Shown here: positions 49,340 through 59,291 of the stretch, piece by piece
Numbering within the stretch: position 1 is the first letter of the stretch
How the letters are laid out: each line of letters begins with the position of its first letter
Source of the DNA: Pseudobythopirellula maris
Lineage (GTDB): Bacteria; Planctomycetota; Planctomycetia; Pirellulales; Lacipirellulaceae
Assembly: GCF_007859945.1 (NCBI RefSeq)
Contig: NZ_SJPQ01000002.1
Span: 410,279-474,278 of the forward strand
Length of the DNA: 64,000 bases
Reading direction: 5' to 3'
Made by a program: the position numbers and the translations under genes
Notes under the pieces: model-generated
The model's database searches: none
The model's input: only the letters and a program-made list of their open reading frames with translations
Told to the model about the DNA's origin: nothing

Positions 49340-50188
49340 TCACGCGGCTCGCCTTGTCGGGGTAGCTCCCCACTGGAGAGTCATTACCCCCGCGGGCTCA
49401 ACGCCCCATTGAACGATCTCGGTGTGGGCCTCGTGGCGGAGGGGCCAGTCCGCGTCGTCGACAACTAAGCCGTAAACCGCGTCGCACCGCTCGGCGACCC
49501 GGGCGGCTGTCTCGTCCATGCCGTCGGCGACTAGCAGTGTCCAATCGAATCGGCGTTGGCAGCTGTCGAACCAGGCCAGCAGGCCCCGCATCACCGGATC
49601 GGACTCGGCAACCTGGCGCCAAGACGCGTCGCCCACCAGCGCCACGCGTTGCTGCAGATGAGCGTCGAGCCGGCGGTCCCAATCGGCCAGCCGCTGGCGG
49701 GCGTCTGCGAATCGGTGAGCCACCAGCATCACCACTTTGCCGGCCGACTCGGGAAGCTCGTCGCCCCCTGCCCCGCTCCGCTGCCGCTCGAGACGTTGCC
49801 GCTCGACAAAGCGCCGCAGCAGCGGGTCGGTGAGCGCCGTTGACTCGATCAGCGCCGACTTGAAGTCGAGAACTTCGGCGTAGCCCCGGCCAGAGTCCCC
49901 TTGCGGCTCGGGCCTGTCACGAACGCGCTCCTGCGGTGAAGGAGTCTGGCGGGCTGGCGGCGAAGGCGCCTTCTCGGCAGCCGGAGCGGCGGCGGTCGCT
50001 TCGCGAATCACGCCCGCCTCGCCGACGGCGATCTCGGTTACGGGCCAAGCGTTCTTGGGCGCCGGCGCCGACCGAGGTTCGGGGTCGCTCGGCGGCAACG
50101 GCCACGCGGTGGGCGCCGCCACCAACAACTCGCACTCAGCGAGCGCTTCGCGCGCGGCCAGCTTCCGTAGGGCGCCGCTGATCACCAT
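49340..50188 (-). CDS. Hypothetical protein (Pro/Ala-rich N-terminus)
   Basis: 282-aa ORF co-directional with, and 48 bp downstream of, the ExeA-like ATPase. No recognised domain. Confidence 0.4.
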   Translation of the reverse strand: MVISGALRKLAAREALAECELLVAAPTAWPLPPSDPEPRSAPAPKNAWPVTEIAVGEAGVIREATAAAPAAEKAPSPPARQTPSPQERVRDRPEPQGDSGRGYAEVLDFKSALIESTALTDPLLRRFVERQRLERQRSGAGGDELPESAGKVVMLVAHRFADARQRLADWDRRLDAHLQQRVALVGDASWRQVAESDPVMRGLLAWFDSCQRRFDWTLLVADGMDETAARVAERCDAVYGLVVDDADWPLRHEAHTEIVQWGVEPAGVMTLQWGATPTRRAA

Positions 50189-50235
50189 TTCACGATCCCC
50201 AAGAGACAGACCACCGCCGTAGAGCCCCCTACCGA

Positions 50236-52059
50236 TTACCCGCGACGCAGTTCGGCGAATAGCTGCCGGTACTCGAGTCGTTGCGCCCCGGCGGGCGCCA
50301 TGGTCGCCACCGACTCTTCCTCTTCGATCACGAGCATGTCGCTGTCATCGGTCGGCTCGACAGCCTGCTCCTCGAACGGCTCCGGCGCGAGCGAGTACTC
50401 GTCGTCCTCGTCGGCGGCCGTGAAGAACTCATCTTGCTCAGCGATCTCGTCGGTCGCGTCCGCGGCGACCTCGACAGTGGGGCTCTCGGCCACTTCTGCC
50501 GTCACATTCGAGTCTTCCGGCTCCTCGTCGCTCAGCAGTTGGAGGCTCGTCTTCGCGGCGCCGTCCGATTGGACCGCATCGATCAAGCTCTCGACCGCCG
50601 GGTCGAGCGCGCCGAACATGCGGCCGAACTCAAGGTCGACGCGGTTGACGACCGGCGTCGCCATGCTGGTCAGCGTAGACTCGAGGCCGGCGTAGCGGTC
50701 GAGCACCACCTCTTCCTCCTCGAACGATTCGCTGAACGGGTCGTCCGGATCGGCGGCGGGGGTGTCGTTCTCCGGCCGGCTGGGGAACGCGTACGAGACG
50801 CACTCGTTGTCGTCCTCGTCGCACTCCTCTTGGGCGGGCTCCGCCTCGACGGGCGCCGACGCCTCGGCCTCTTCCTCTTGCAGCCGCTGGATCGCGAGCC
50901 GCTGCGACAGGCGGCCGATCGCTTCGGCGCCCTGCTCCGCCGCGTTGTACTCCGATCGGTCGTCCGGGGGCGACGCCCAGGCCGCGGCCGCGGGGGCCTC
51001 GATCGCTTCGTACGCCGGCGTTTCGATCGGCTCGATCGGGCCCTCTTCGGCGAAGCCGGGCTGCGAGATCTCGGCGAAGCCGTGGCGGTTCTCCTCGGCG
51101 TAGCCGATCTGCGGCTCGTCGGCGGGCGGGTCGAGTTCGCCAAACTCGATGGTCGCGTGGCCAGACGCCTTCGGCTGCTTGGGGGCCGGCGAGTGCCAAG
51201 GCGCCGGCAGCTGGTGCAGGTCCGACCAAGCCGCCTGGATCAGGTCGGCGTCGATCGTCGTGACCCCGCGATCGACGGCGAGCATCAGCGATCGGTCGCA
51301 CACCTGGTTGACCAAACGCGGCACGCCGTCGCTGGCGGTGAAAGCCGCCTCGAGCGCGGCGGGCTCGAACAGCCGGTCGGGGTCGGCCCCGGCGGCGGCG
51401 ACATGAGCACGGACGTAGAGCATCGTCTCCTCACGCCCCATCGGCGCGAGGTAGCATCGCGCCGCTAGGCGTTGGCCGAAGGCCTCCAGGTTCGGCTCGC
51501 CGAGCGTCTCGTCGAGCGACGCCGCCCCGGCGAGCACCAGCCGCAACGTCGGCTCGCCGTCGGCCGCCATGTTGCTGAGGATCCGCAACTCCTCCAGCAA
51601 GCGGATCGGCAAGGTGTGCGCCTCGTCGATGAGCAGCGCCACCGCGCGGCCGCGGGACGCCTCGTCGTCGAGGCACCGCTGCAGCGCGATCCGCAGCTCT
51701 CCCTCGTCGCGGTCGCGGTACGGCTGCTCCATGCCGTAGAGGATCGACTGCAGCAACGCGCGGCGCGTGCAGAGCTGCGCCGAGGCGAGCCTCACGATGC
51801 GCACCGCAGCGCGGGCGGTGGCGCCGAGCTCCTCGGCCAGCACCTCGAGCAGCATCGTCTTGCCGACCCCGGGGGCGCCGATCACCAGCGCGGGCCCGTC
51901 GCCGCGCACGACGCACTGCGCCACGCGGCGCCGTGCGCTGTCGATCGATTCGGCGGCGAAGTAGCGGTCGACGCGGGGGTGGGTGGAGAACGCACGCTGC
52001 GGGGCGTCGCTCGCCGGAGTGGAAGTCGGCATCGAACGTGTTCCTGTGGATCGAATCAC
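50236..52059 (-). CDS. ExeA/GspA-like AAA+ ATPase with long acidic low-complexity C-terminal half
   Basis: Walker A GAPGVGKT. Walker B LLIDEAH. VPRLVN segment typical of COG3267 ExeA-like ATPases. C-terminal ~250 aa are E/D/A/P-rich. Confidence 0.6.
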   Translation of the reverse strand: MIRSTGTRSMPTSTPASDAPQRAFSTHPRVDRYFAAESIDSARRRVAQCVVRGDGPALVIGAPGVGKTMLLEVLAEELGATARAAVRIVRLASAQLCTRRALLQSILYGMEQPYRDRDEGELRIALQRCLDDEASRGRAVALLIDEAHTLPIRLLEELRILSNMAADGEPTLRLVLAGAASLDETLGEPNLEAFGQRLAARCYLAPMGREETMLYVRAHVAAAGADPDRLFEPAALEAAFTASDGVPRLVNQVCDRSLMLAVDRGVTTIDADLIQAAWSDLHQLPAPWHSPAPKQPKASGHATIEFGELDPPADEPQIGYAEENRHGFAEISQPGFAEEGPIEPIETPAYEAIEAPAAAAWASPPDDRSEYNAAEQGAEAIGRLSQRLAIQRLQEEEAEASAPVEAEPAQEECDEDDNECVSYAFPSRPENDTPAADPDDPFSESFEEEEVVLDRYAGLESTLTSMATPVVNRVDLEFGRMFGALDPAVESLIDAVQSDGAAKTSLQLLSDEEPEDSNVTAEVAESPTVEVAADATDEIAEQDEFFTAADEDDEYSLAPEPFEEQAVEPTDDSDMLVIEEEESVATMAPAGAQRLEYRQLFAELRRG

Positions 52060-52389
52060 ACGGCGTGTGGGTGCTGCGTCGCGTGTCGTGGTGACGACGG
52101 TCGGACGTATGAGCGCGGCTACGTCGTGTAGATCGGCAGCCGGGGCGAAGGGGCTTCACTCGCAGAAAAGAAGCGACGGCATGCGCCCTAATCACCCGCC
52201 GCCCGCGGCGGCGGGCTGCACTTTTTCTCGCGACGCCCGTAAACTTTGCGCAGGCCGTCCACCCACCGCAGGCGGCATGGCGAGCCGGCAACGCGGGACC
52301 GGGAGCGATGGTCGCGTCGCGTTCGCCGCGTCAGCCGCCACAGGCCCAGTGGCCGCTGAGTCGCCACGCCACGATCGAGAGAAGCAGCT

Positions 52390-53064
52390 TTGTTCCGAAT
52401 AAAAATCTGTGGACTCACTCGCCCCGCGGACGCCGCGGTTTGCGCCGAGGCGGGCGCCGACGCCATCGGCCTGAACTTCTACTCGGGCAGCCCACGCTGC
52501 CTGACGATGGAACGGGCCGTCGAATTGGCCGACGCTGGTGGTGAGCCGCTGCTGCGGGTTGGCGTGTTCGTCAACGCCACGCTCGACGAACTCGCCGCCG
52601 CGGTTCAAGCCGCGCGACTCGATGCGGTTCAGCTACACGGCGATGAGCCGCCCGCGGCGTTCGCCGCGCTGCCAGAAGGAATAAGGACGGTCCGCGCCTG
52701 GCGCGTCGGCGCCGAAGGCTTGCCGCCCTTGGCCGAGTACCTCGAGACGAGCGAAGCACATGGGCGGCGCCCCGAGGCGGCGCTCGTCGACGCCGCCGCG
52801 CCGGGCGCGTACGGCGGCACCGGAAAGCGGGTCGACTGGGGCCGGGTCGCCGAGGAGCGCCCGCTGCTCGGATCGACGCCGTTGATCCTGGCGGGCGGCC
52901 TGACGCCCGACAACGTGGCCGAAGCGATCGCCGCGGTCCGGCCCGACGGCGTCGACACGGCGAGCGGCGTGGAGTCGGCGCCGGGCGTCAAAGACGCGGG
53001 GGCGGTGCGGGCGTTTGTCGCCGCGGCGCGCGAGGCATTCGATTCGCTGAGCAAGTCCAGCTAG
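52390..53064 (+). CDS. trpF: Phosphoribosylanthranilate isomerase
   Basis: MFRIKICGLTRPADA...GADAIGLNF...QLHGDE motifs. Confidence 0.85.
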   Translation: MFRIKICGLTRPADAAVCAEAGADAIGLNFYSGSPRCLTMERAVELADAGGEPLLRVGVFVNATLDELAAAVQAARLDAVQLHGDEPPAAFAALPEGIRTVRAWRVGAEGLPPLAEYLETSEAHGRRPEAALVDAAAPGAYGGTGKRVDWGRVAEERPLLGSTPLILAGGLTPDNVAEAIAAVRPDGVDTASGVESAPGVKDAGAVRAFVAAAREAFDSLSKSS

Positions 53065-53365
53065 CAACCAGCCAAGAACCGGCGGGCGTAAGCCCCTGGT
53101 GGGGGGTCTCCAAGAGGAGTCTCGTTGCGGTTCGTGCCGGACGCCTCCGGGGGCTTACGCCCGCCGGCTCGGCGCACTCGCTGGGTTGCAACTAGGTTTT
53201 CTTCCCGATCGCGGCTGCGGCCTTCCCGCTTATCAAAGGTTGCCAACATCGGGTTAGGGAATATAGACTGCTGAGGATACACCCAGTGTTTTGACCCGAT
53301 TCACGTCCGCCGGCCTCCCAGGCCCGAGCGAAGATCCCGCCTGTTTCTTTCTGGAGGTACGAGCC

Positions 53366-54727
53366 GTGGCGCCTGTTGCTGCCGAGAAGCTGTCTTACAA
53401 AGTCCTTGATTGCACGCCCGAAGAATTCGAGCGTCTGGCCGCGTTTGGCCGTCAGGAGATCAACCTGGCCGAGTCGGAAATGCCCGGCCTGATGTCCCTG
53501 CGCGAGAAGTACGGCAAGGACAAGCCGCTCCAGGGCGCGCGGATCGCCGGCTGCTTGCACATGACGATCCAGACGGCCGTCCTGATCGAGACGCTCATCG
53601 AGCTCGGCGCCGAGGTCACCTGGAGCAGCTGCAACATCTACAGCACCCAGGACCACGCCGCCTGTGCGATCGCCAAGGCGGGCATCCCGGTCTTCGCTTG
53701 GAAGGGCGAGACCAACGAAGAGTTCGACTGGTGCATCGAGCAGACGCTCACCGCCTTCCCTTCGGGCAAGCCGCTCAACCTGATCCTGGACGACGGCGGC
53801 GACCTGACCGCCATGGTCCACGACAAGTTCCCCGAGCTGCTGGCCGACATCAAAGGCCTGTCGGAAGAGACCACCGCCGGCATCCACCGCCTGGAGGTGC
53901 TCCTGAAGGAGGGCCGCCTGGCCGTCCCGGCGATCAACGTCAACGACTCGGCCACGAAGAGCAAGTTCGACAACTTGTACGGCTGCCGCGAGAGCCTGGC
54001 CGACGGCGTGAAGCGCGCGACCGACGTCATGCTCGCCGGCAAGGTCGCCGTGGTCTGTGGCTACGGCGACGTCGGCAAGGGCTGCGCCCACAGCCTCCGC
54101 TCGTACGGCTGCCGCGTGATCGTCACGGAGATCGACCCCATCAACGCCCTGCAGGCCGCGATGGAAGGCTACGAGGTCACGACCATGGAGGAAGCCTGCA
54201 AGGAAGGCAACCTGTTCGTCACCACGACCGGCAACAAGGACATCATCCTCGGCGAGCACATGGTCGAGATGCCGGAGGACGCCATCCTCTGCAACATCGG
54301 CCACTTCGACACGGAGATCGACATCGCTTGGCTCGAGGCGCAGGTCGCCGCCGGCAACGCCACGAGCGACGTGATCAAGACCGAGAAGGAAGGCGCCGTC
54401 GACCGTTACACGTTCAAGAAGAGCGGCCGCTCGATTCTCACGCTCGCCAAGGGCCGGCTGGTGAACCTCGGTTGCGCCACGGGCCACCCGAGCTTCGTCA
54501 TGAGCAACTCGTTCACCAACCAAACGCTCGCCCAGCTCGAGCTTTGGAACAACGAGGGCCAGTACGAGAACCAGGTCTACCGCCTGCCGAAGCACCTCGA
54601 CGAGGAGGTCGCCCGCCTGCACCTCGAGAAGATCGGCGTGAAGCTCACGAAGCTCACCCAAGAGCAGGCCGACTACATCGGCGTGCCGGTCGAGGGGCCG
54701 TACAAGTCGGACCACTACCGGTACTGA
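53366..54727 (+). CDS. ahcY: Adenosylhomocysteinase
   Basis: YKVLD...[22 protein letters not shown]-binding GYGDVGKG and C-terminal ...DHYRY. GTG start with a GGAGG RBS 7 nt upstream, in frame with ORF 53291..54727. Confidence 0.88.
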   Translation: MAPVAAEKLSYKVLDCTPEEFERLAAFGRQEINLAESEMPGLMSLREKYGKDKPLQGARIAGCLHMTIQTAVLIETLIELGAEVTWSSCNIYSTQDHAACAIAKAGIPVFAWKGETNEEFDWCIEQTLTAFPSGKPLNLILDDGGDLTAMVHDKFPELLADIKGLSEETTAGIHRLEVLLKEGRLAVPAINVNDSATKSKFDNLYGCRESLADGVKRATDVMLAGKVAVVCGYGDVGKGCAHSLRSYGCRVIVTEIDPINALQAAMEGYEVTTMEEACKEGNLFVTTTGNKDIILGEHMVEMPEDAILCNIGHFDTEIDIAWLEAQVAAGNATSDVIKTEKEGAVDRYTFKKSGRSILTLAKGRLVNLGCATGHPSFVMSNSFTNQTLAQLELWNNEGQYENQVYRLPKHLDEEVARLHLEKIGVKLTKLTQEQADYIGVPVEGPYKSDHYRY

Positions 54728-54959
54728 AATACCCGTGAGGGAGTGGCCAGAGGCTTGAAGCCAGAGGTCAGAAACACGAAAGCCGCCGGCGGGAGCCGGC
54801 GGCTTTTTTCGTGCGCCCGTCGATCGGCCGCAAGGGCGGACGGTCGACGGATCGCGGGGAGTGGCGGTAAACTCGTTGCTCCTCCGGGCGCTAACGCTTA
54901 CGGCTCGCCCCGGGAGGCTACGTCATTCCGCCATCCGCAATCCGAATTCCGCACTTAAA

Positions 54960-56321
54960 ATGCCCGAGATCGAAGCCCTCCGCGCCATCCGTTACGACCT
55001 GGGCCACGTCGGCTCGCTGAGCGACGTGGTCGCCCCGCCCTACGACGTGATCGACGCCGAGCTGCTCGAGCAGCTCTGCGAGCAGAGCCCCTACAACTCG
55101 GTGCGGCTGATCCTCGGCAAGGACGAGCCGGGCGATTCGGACACGGCGAACCGCTACACCCGTTCGGCCAAGTTCCTCAAGGAGTGGATGCGCGACGGCG
55201 TGCTGTTCACCGAGGCCAACCCGGCGGTCTACGCCTACCACCAGACCTACACCGAGGCGGGCGTCGAGTACACGCGGCGTGGGTTCATGTGCCGTGTTCG
55301 GCTCGAGCGGTTCGGCGAGGGCAAGATCCACCCGCACGAGGAGACGCACGGCGGCGCCAAGGCCGACCGCCTCAAGCTCTGGAAGGCGACCAAGACGAAC
55401 ATGAGCCAGGTGTTCGGCCTGTTTCCCGACGACGAGAACGAGGCCCAGAACCTGCTGGAAGAAGCGATCATGGGCGTCGCGCCGCTCGAGGCGGCCGACC
55501 ACCTCGGCGTGGTCAACCGGCTCTGGCCGGTGAACGACGTGGCCGTGATCTCCAAGATGCAGGCCGTGATGGGCCCCAAGCCGGTCTACATTGCCGACGG
55601 CCACCACCGCTACGAGACCGCCTGCAACTACCGCGACGAGCTCGCCGCGGAGATGAAGGCCAAGGGCGAGGAGATGCCCGACAACCACCCGGCCAACTAC
55701 GTGCTGATGATGTGCGTCTCGATGAGCGACCCCGGCATGCTCGTGCTGCCCACGCACCGGCTGTTCCGCGGCATGCCCGAGATGACGGCCGAGGAGCTCA
55801 CCGCCAAGCTGGGCGACAAGTTCACGACCGAGCCGGCGGGCGAGGGCCCGAGCCACGCCCCCGAGGCGTGGGAGTCGATCGAGACCGAGGACAACCAGGG
55901 GACGCTGGCCCTGTACACCGCGGGGGACAAGAAGTGGACCCTCTGCCGCGTGACCGACGCGGGCCGGGACCGCATGGCCGAGATCGCCCCCGAGCAGTCT
56001 AAGGACTGGCAGGGCCTGGGCGTGAGCCTGCTGCACAAGCTCGTGATGGAGGACCTGCTGCAGGCCCCCGAGACGGCGGCCCCCAAGTACGTGCGGGCGA
56101 TCGACGAGGTGGTCGAGGGCCTCACCAACGGCGAGGCCGCCGGCCGCGACCTGACGGGCCAGATCTCCGAGGGGGGCGTGTTCAACCTGGCGGCCGTGGT
56201 GATGCCGGCCACGCTGGAGCACATCCGCCAGATCTCGAACCACGGCGAGCGGATGCCGGCCAAGAGCACCTACTTCTATCCGAAGGTGCTCAGCGGTCTG
56301 CTGTTCAACCCGCTCGAATAA
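54960..56321 (+). CDS. DUF1015 family protein
   Basis: Start MPEIEALRAIRYD. VYIADGHHR motif characteristic of DUF1015. Confidence 0.6.
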   Translation: MPEIEALRAIRYDLGHVGSLSDVVAPPYDVIDAELLEQLCEQSPYNSVRLILGKDEPGDSDTANRYTRSAKFLKEWMRDGVLFTEANPAVYAYHQTYTEAGVEYTRRGFMCRVRLERFGEGKIHPHEETHGGAKADRLKLWKATKTNMSQVFGLFPDDENEAQNLLEEAIMGVAPLEAADHLGVVNRLWPVNDVAVISKMQAVMGPKPVYIADGHHRYETACNYRDELAAEMKAKGEEMPDNHPANYVLMMCVSMSDPGMLVLPTHRLFRGMPEMTAEELTAKLGDKFTTEPAGEGPSHAPEAWESIETEDNQGTLALYTAGDKKWTLCRVTDAGRDRMAEIAPEQSKDWQGLGVSLLHKLVMEDLLQAPETAAPKYVRAIDEVVEGLTNGEAAGRDLTGQISEGGVFNLAAVVMPATLEHIRQISNHGERMPAKSTYFYPKVLSGLLFNPLE

Positions 56322-56355
56322 AACGGACCGCGTCGATCCCCCCGAAGCAACCGGC

Positions 56356-56440
56356 GAGCCGGCCCCGTGAGGGGCCGGTGGTGATCGGCTACGAGTGGTT
56401 TCAGCGGCGCACAACCACCGGCCCCTCACGGGGCCGGCTC
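56356..56440. terminator. 27-bp perfect inverted repeat (gagccggccccgtgaggggccggtggt ... accaccggcccctcacggggccggctc) with a 31-nt loop
   Basis: The arms are exact reverse complements. Located 35 bp after the DUF1015 stop. Confidence 0.6.
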
Positions 56441-56451
56441 GCCCTTTCTCT

Positions 56452-56546
56452 GTTTCACGTGAAACGGTTGCGGGGAGGCCACGGCTTGGGTGTTTCACGT
56501 GAAACACGTCGCCGCTGCCCGCGGCGCCGGTTGTTTCACGTGGAAC
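56452..56546. promoter_or_regulatory. Array of three copies of the 14-bp palindrome GTTTCACGTG(A/G)AAC, spaced 40-41 bp apart
   Basis: Copies at 56452-56465, 56492-56505 and 56533-56546 (third copy G at position 11). Operator-like. Confidence 0.55.
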
Positions 56547-57411
56547 GTGCGTCGGCCGGTTCGGCGATCGGCTGGCTCGTGGGCGTGGCCGCACGCCAAT
56601 CGGCGCCTTGTGGCAAGGCGGCCCCGCGCCGTTGCTGCCGGTCGAGCCACCACAGCGTGAGCCAAACGGCGGGGCGCCGGGTGAGCATCTGCAGCAGGAA
56701 CCAAACGGGGATGAGCACCAGCGTGCCTATCGACAAAGTCCCCACGGCCCGCAACAGCGAGAGCAGCACGCAGAGCGGGACCATCAGCGCCATCAGTCGC
56801 CACAGCGAGAACCGCATCGGGGGCGGCGCCGCGGCGGGCGATTCTCGCTGCTGGTAGAAGGTGGGGGCGTGGGCGAGCACCGCGCCGATTTGCCCCGCCA
56901 TGATGTTGCCGATAAACATCAGGCACGTCAGCAAGACCTGTCCCGCAATCGCCATCGGCCCCCCCGGCCAATCCGTCATGCCGTGGGGGAGCATCCACGC
57001 CAACGCGACCAAACCGCCGGTGAACAGGGCGAGACGATGCTCGGCGGGCCGCCATTCCATCAGCCGCAGCGTGAGTTTCACCGGCCAGTAGAGCAGCAGC
57101 ACTGTAAGGTAGGTGAGCAACCAACTGAGCAAGACTCCGAAGACCGCCCCGATTAACAGGCTGCCGATCATGTACCCGACCATCATGGGCCCGCCACCTC
57201 CGCCCAACATCATGCTTGGAGTCATCCAGAAGACCATTACCGCACCGACCAGCAGGATGGTCAGCAAAGCGTAGTAGACGTGGACCTTGGCCACCTTGCG
57301 AGCGAGCATCTGCCAGTCGGGCCAATGGGGGACAACCGGCTCGCCACCGGGATGGGTGGCGTTCTCACTAGCTGCAGCGAGCTCGGCGGCGATCGGGTTG
57401 GGGATGGACAT
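56536..57411 (-). CDS. Polytopic membrane protein, paralog 1 of a tandem triplet (unknown family)
   Basis: 291 aa, ~7 TM helices. Conserved C-terminal block RFSLWRLMALMVPLCVLLSLL...LIPVWFLLQMLTRRPAVWL shared with paralogs 2 and 3. Confidence 0.6.
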   Translation of the reverse strand: MSIPNPIAAELAAASENATHPGGEPVVPHWPDWQMLARKVAKVHVYYALLTILLVGAVMVFWMTPSMMLGGGGGPMMVGYMIGSLLIGAVFGVLLSWLLTYLTVLLLYWPVKLTLRLMEWRPAEHRLALFTGGLVALAWMLPHGMTDWPGGPMAIAGQVLLTCLMFIGNIMAGQIGAVLAHAPTFYQQRESPAAAPPPMRFSLWRLMALMVPLCVLLSLLRAVGTLSIGTLVLIPVWFLLQMLTRRPAVWLTLWWLDRQQRRGAALPQGADWRAATPTSQPIAEPADARST

Positions 57412-57519
57412 GCAGGCATGATAATCCCCGCCGAGTGGCGACGCTCTCTTTTCTTTTCACCGCTCGCGTCTCCATGGGGTGGATTCCCCCTACGCCCGCG
57501 GCGCCTGTACCGGCTGCGT

Positions 57520-57574
57520 GTTTCACGTGAAACGGGTCGAGGCTGCCCGCCGCACGGGTTGTTTCACGTGGAAC
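57520..57574. promoter_or_regulatory. Two more GTTTCACGTG(A/G)AAC palindromes 41 bp apart, with the same conserved spacer (gctgcccgc) as in the 56452 array
   Basis: Copies at 57520-57533 and 57561-57574. Upstream of paralog 1 and 3' of paralog 2. Confidence 0.55.
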
Positions 57575-57576
57575 AT

Positions 57577-58284
57577 TCACACGGAGCAACGTAGCCGCTC
57601 TTGCCTGCGCCGTCGGCTACGGAGCTTGGCGTCGAGGTGGCGGTTGGCGAGCCGCATGACCGGCCGCCAAGTGAGCTCCTGCCAAACGAGCCAGGCGAGG
57701 GTGATGACCAGAAAATCGAACGTCAGTCCATCCAGCCAGCTCAGCAGCGAGAGCAGCATGCAGAGCGGGACCATGGCCGCCAGCAGCTGCCAGAGGGGGA
57801 ATCGCCACGGCTCGGCGGTTTGACTCCCCTGCTTCCGGCGACGTCGCAGCCGCCAAATTGCCGCCATCGACCCGGCGTATTGTCCGAACAAGGTCGCTCC
57901 CGCAGGTCCGACGCCAAAAAACAGAAGCTTGCTGAATAGGTCTGCGTTCCGCTGCACCAGAGCGACAGAGAACCAAAGCGTGGTCAGGTAAGCCGCCAGG
58001 GCGCCGACGAAAGCGGCCAGCCGATCGCGTGGCGGCGACCACCGCAGCCACCACAGCACGCCGCGCGTCGAAAAAATTGCGATGCCCGTCGTGATCAGGC
58101 AGAAGACGAATGTCACGAAGAACAGCATGGCTGAATAGAAGACCAGCCCAATAGCTGCGCCCGCGAGATCGCCCCAGCTGAGTCCGTCTCGAAAGAGTCT
58201 GCCGCTGGCGAGCATAAACGCCCCCATCACGCCGACAACCGCGTGGGGATAAAAACCACCAGCAATCGCCACGTAGACCCACAC
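57577..58284 (-). CDS. Polytopic membrane protein, paralog 2 (start apparently GTG; ancestral ATG lost)
   Basis: Strongly similar to paralog 3 (...TRGVLWWLRWSPPRDRLAAFVGAL..., ...PWRFPLWQLLAAMVPLCMLLSLLSW...). The in-frame upstream region still encodes ...NPIPPERAAWYSPTSAP, homologous to the paralog 3 N-terminus, but contains no ATG. Confidence 0.5.
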   Translation of the reverse strand: MWVYVAIAGGFYPHAVVGVMGAFMLASGRLFRDGLSWGDLAGAAIGLVFYSAMLFFVTFVFCLITTGIAIFSTRGVLWWLRWSPPRDRLAAFVGALAAYLTTLWFSVALVQRNADLFSKLLFFGVGPAGATLFGQYAGSMAAIWRLRRRRKQGSQTAEPWRFPLWQLLAAMVPLCMLLSLLSWLDGLTFDFLVITLAWLVWQELTWRPVMRLANRHLDAKLRSRRRRQERLRCSV

Positions 58285-58481
58285 CAGCGGCCAAAAGCTC
58301 TCCGACGGGCTCCGCTGGGCCGCTACTGGCGCCGAAGTCGGCGAGTACCAGGCGGCCCGCTCGGGCGGGATGGGATTGCAGACTTCGATGGATCCACTCG
58401 GAAGGAGGCGTGGCTTGCTGGCGGCTGGCTCTTCGACGCTAGCAGTCTAACCGGCGTTCCGGACCGCAGCCAAGAATCACC

Positions 58482-59291
58482 TCATGGAAACAACACGGGC
58501 CGCACTCTTCCGCGTCGTCGGCGGCGGAGCTTGGTGTCGAGATAGCGGTTGGCGAGCCACGCCACAGGACGCCAGGAGAGCTGTTGCCAGACGAGCCAGG
58601 CGAGGGTGATGACGAAGAACTCCGGCGTCAGCCATCCCACCCAGCTCAGGAAGGACAGCAGCATGCAGAGTGGGACCACGGTCGCCATGAGCCGCCAGAG
58701 GGGGAAACGCCACGGCTCGGCAAATTGACTCCCGTTCACCCGGCGGCGGCGCAGCTGCCATGTAGCCGCCATCGACCCGAAGAACTGTCCGAACAAGGTC
58801 GCTCCCGCGGGCCCAATCAAGAAGCCGATGAGCTTGATGAGCAGGTCTCCATCCCGCTGGTTCACAGCGACGGCGACCCAAAGGGTGGCTAGGTGAGCCA
58901 CAAGCGCGCCGACGAAAGCGGCCAGCCGATCGCGTGGCGGCGACCACCGCAACCACCACAGAACGCCGCGCGTCAATAAAATAACGATGCCCGCTATGAT
59001 AAAGACAAAAACGAATACCGCGAAGAACAGTACTGCTGAGTAGATGACCAGCGGAATAAACCCATCTGCTAGGTCGCTCCAGCTCATTTCGCCCAAGATG
59101 AGACCGCCGCTAACGAATAAAAACGTCGCCACGCCGACAACCACGAGGGGATATAACCCACCGGCGAACGACAAGTAGAGCCACACCAGCGACCAATAGC
59201 TTTGAGTCTGATTTCTAGGGCCCGCGACGGGGGCCGATGCCGGCGAGTAATCGGCAGCCCGCTCGGACGGAGTGGGGTTGCTTGCGTCCAT
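58482..59291 (-). CDS. Polytopic membrane protein, paralog 3
   Basis: 269 aa. ATG start MDASNPTPSERAADYSP. Confidence 0.6.
   Translation of the reverse strand: MDASNPTPSERAADYSPASAPVAGPRNQTQSYWSLVWLYLSFAGGLYPLVVVGVATFLFVSGGLILGEMSWSDLADGFIPLVIYSAVLFFAVFVFVFIIAGIVILLTRGVLWWLRWSPPRDRLAAFVGALVAHLATLWVAVAVNQRDGDLLIKLIGFLIGPAGATLFGQFFGSMAATWQLRRRRVNGSQFAEPWRFPLWRLMATVVPLCMLLSFLSWVGWLTPEFFVITLAWLVWQQLSWRPVAWLANRYLDTKLRRRRRGRVRPVLFP

Noticed and set aside
53410-54738. 442-aa plus ORF
   Set aside because: +2-frame artefact inside ahcY.
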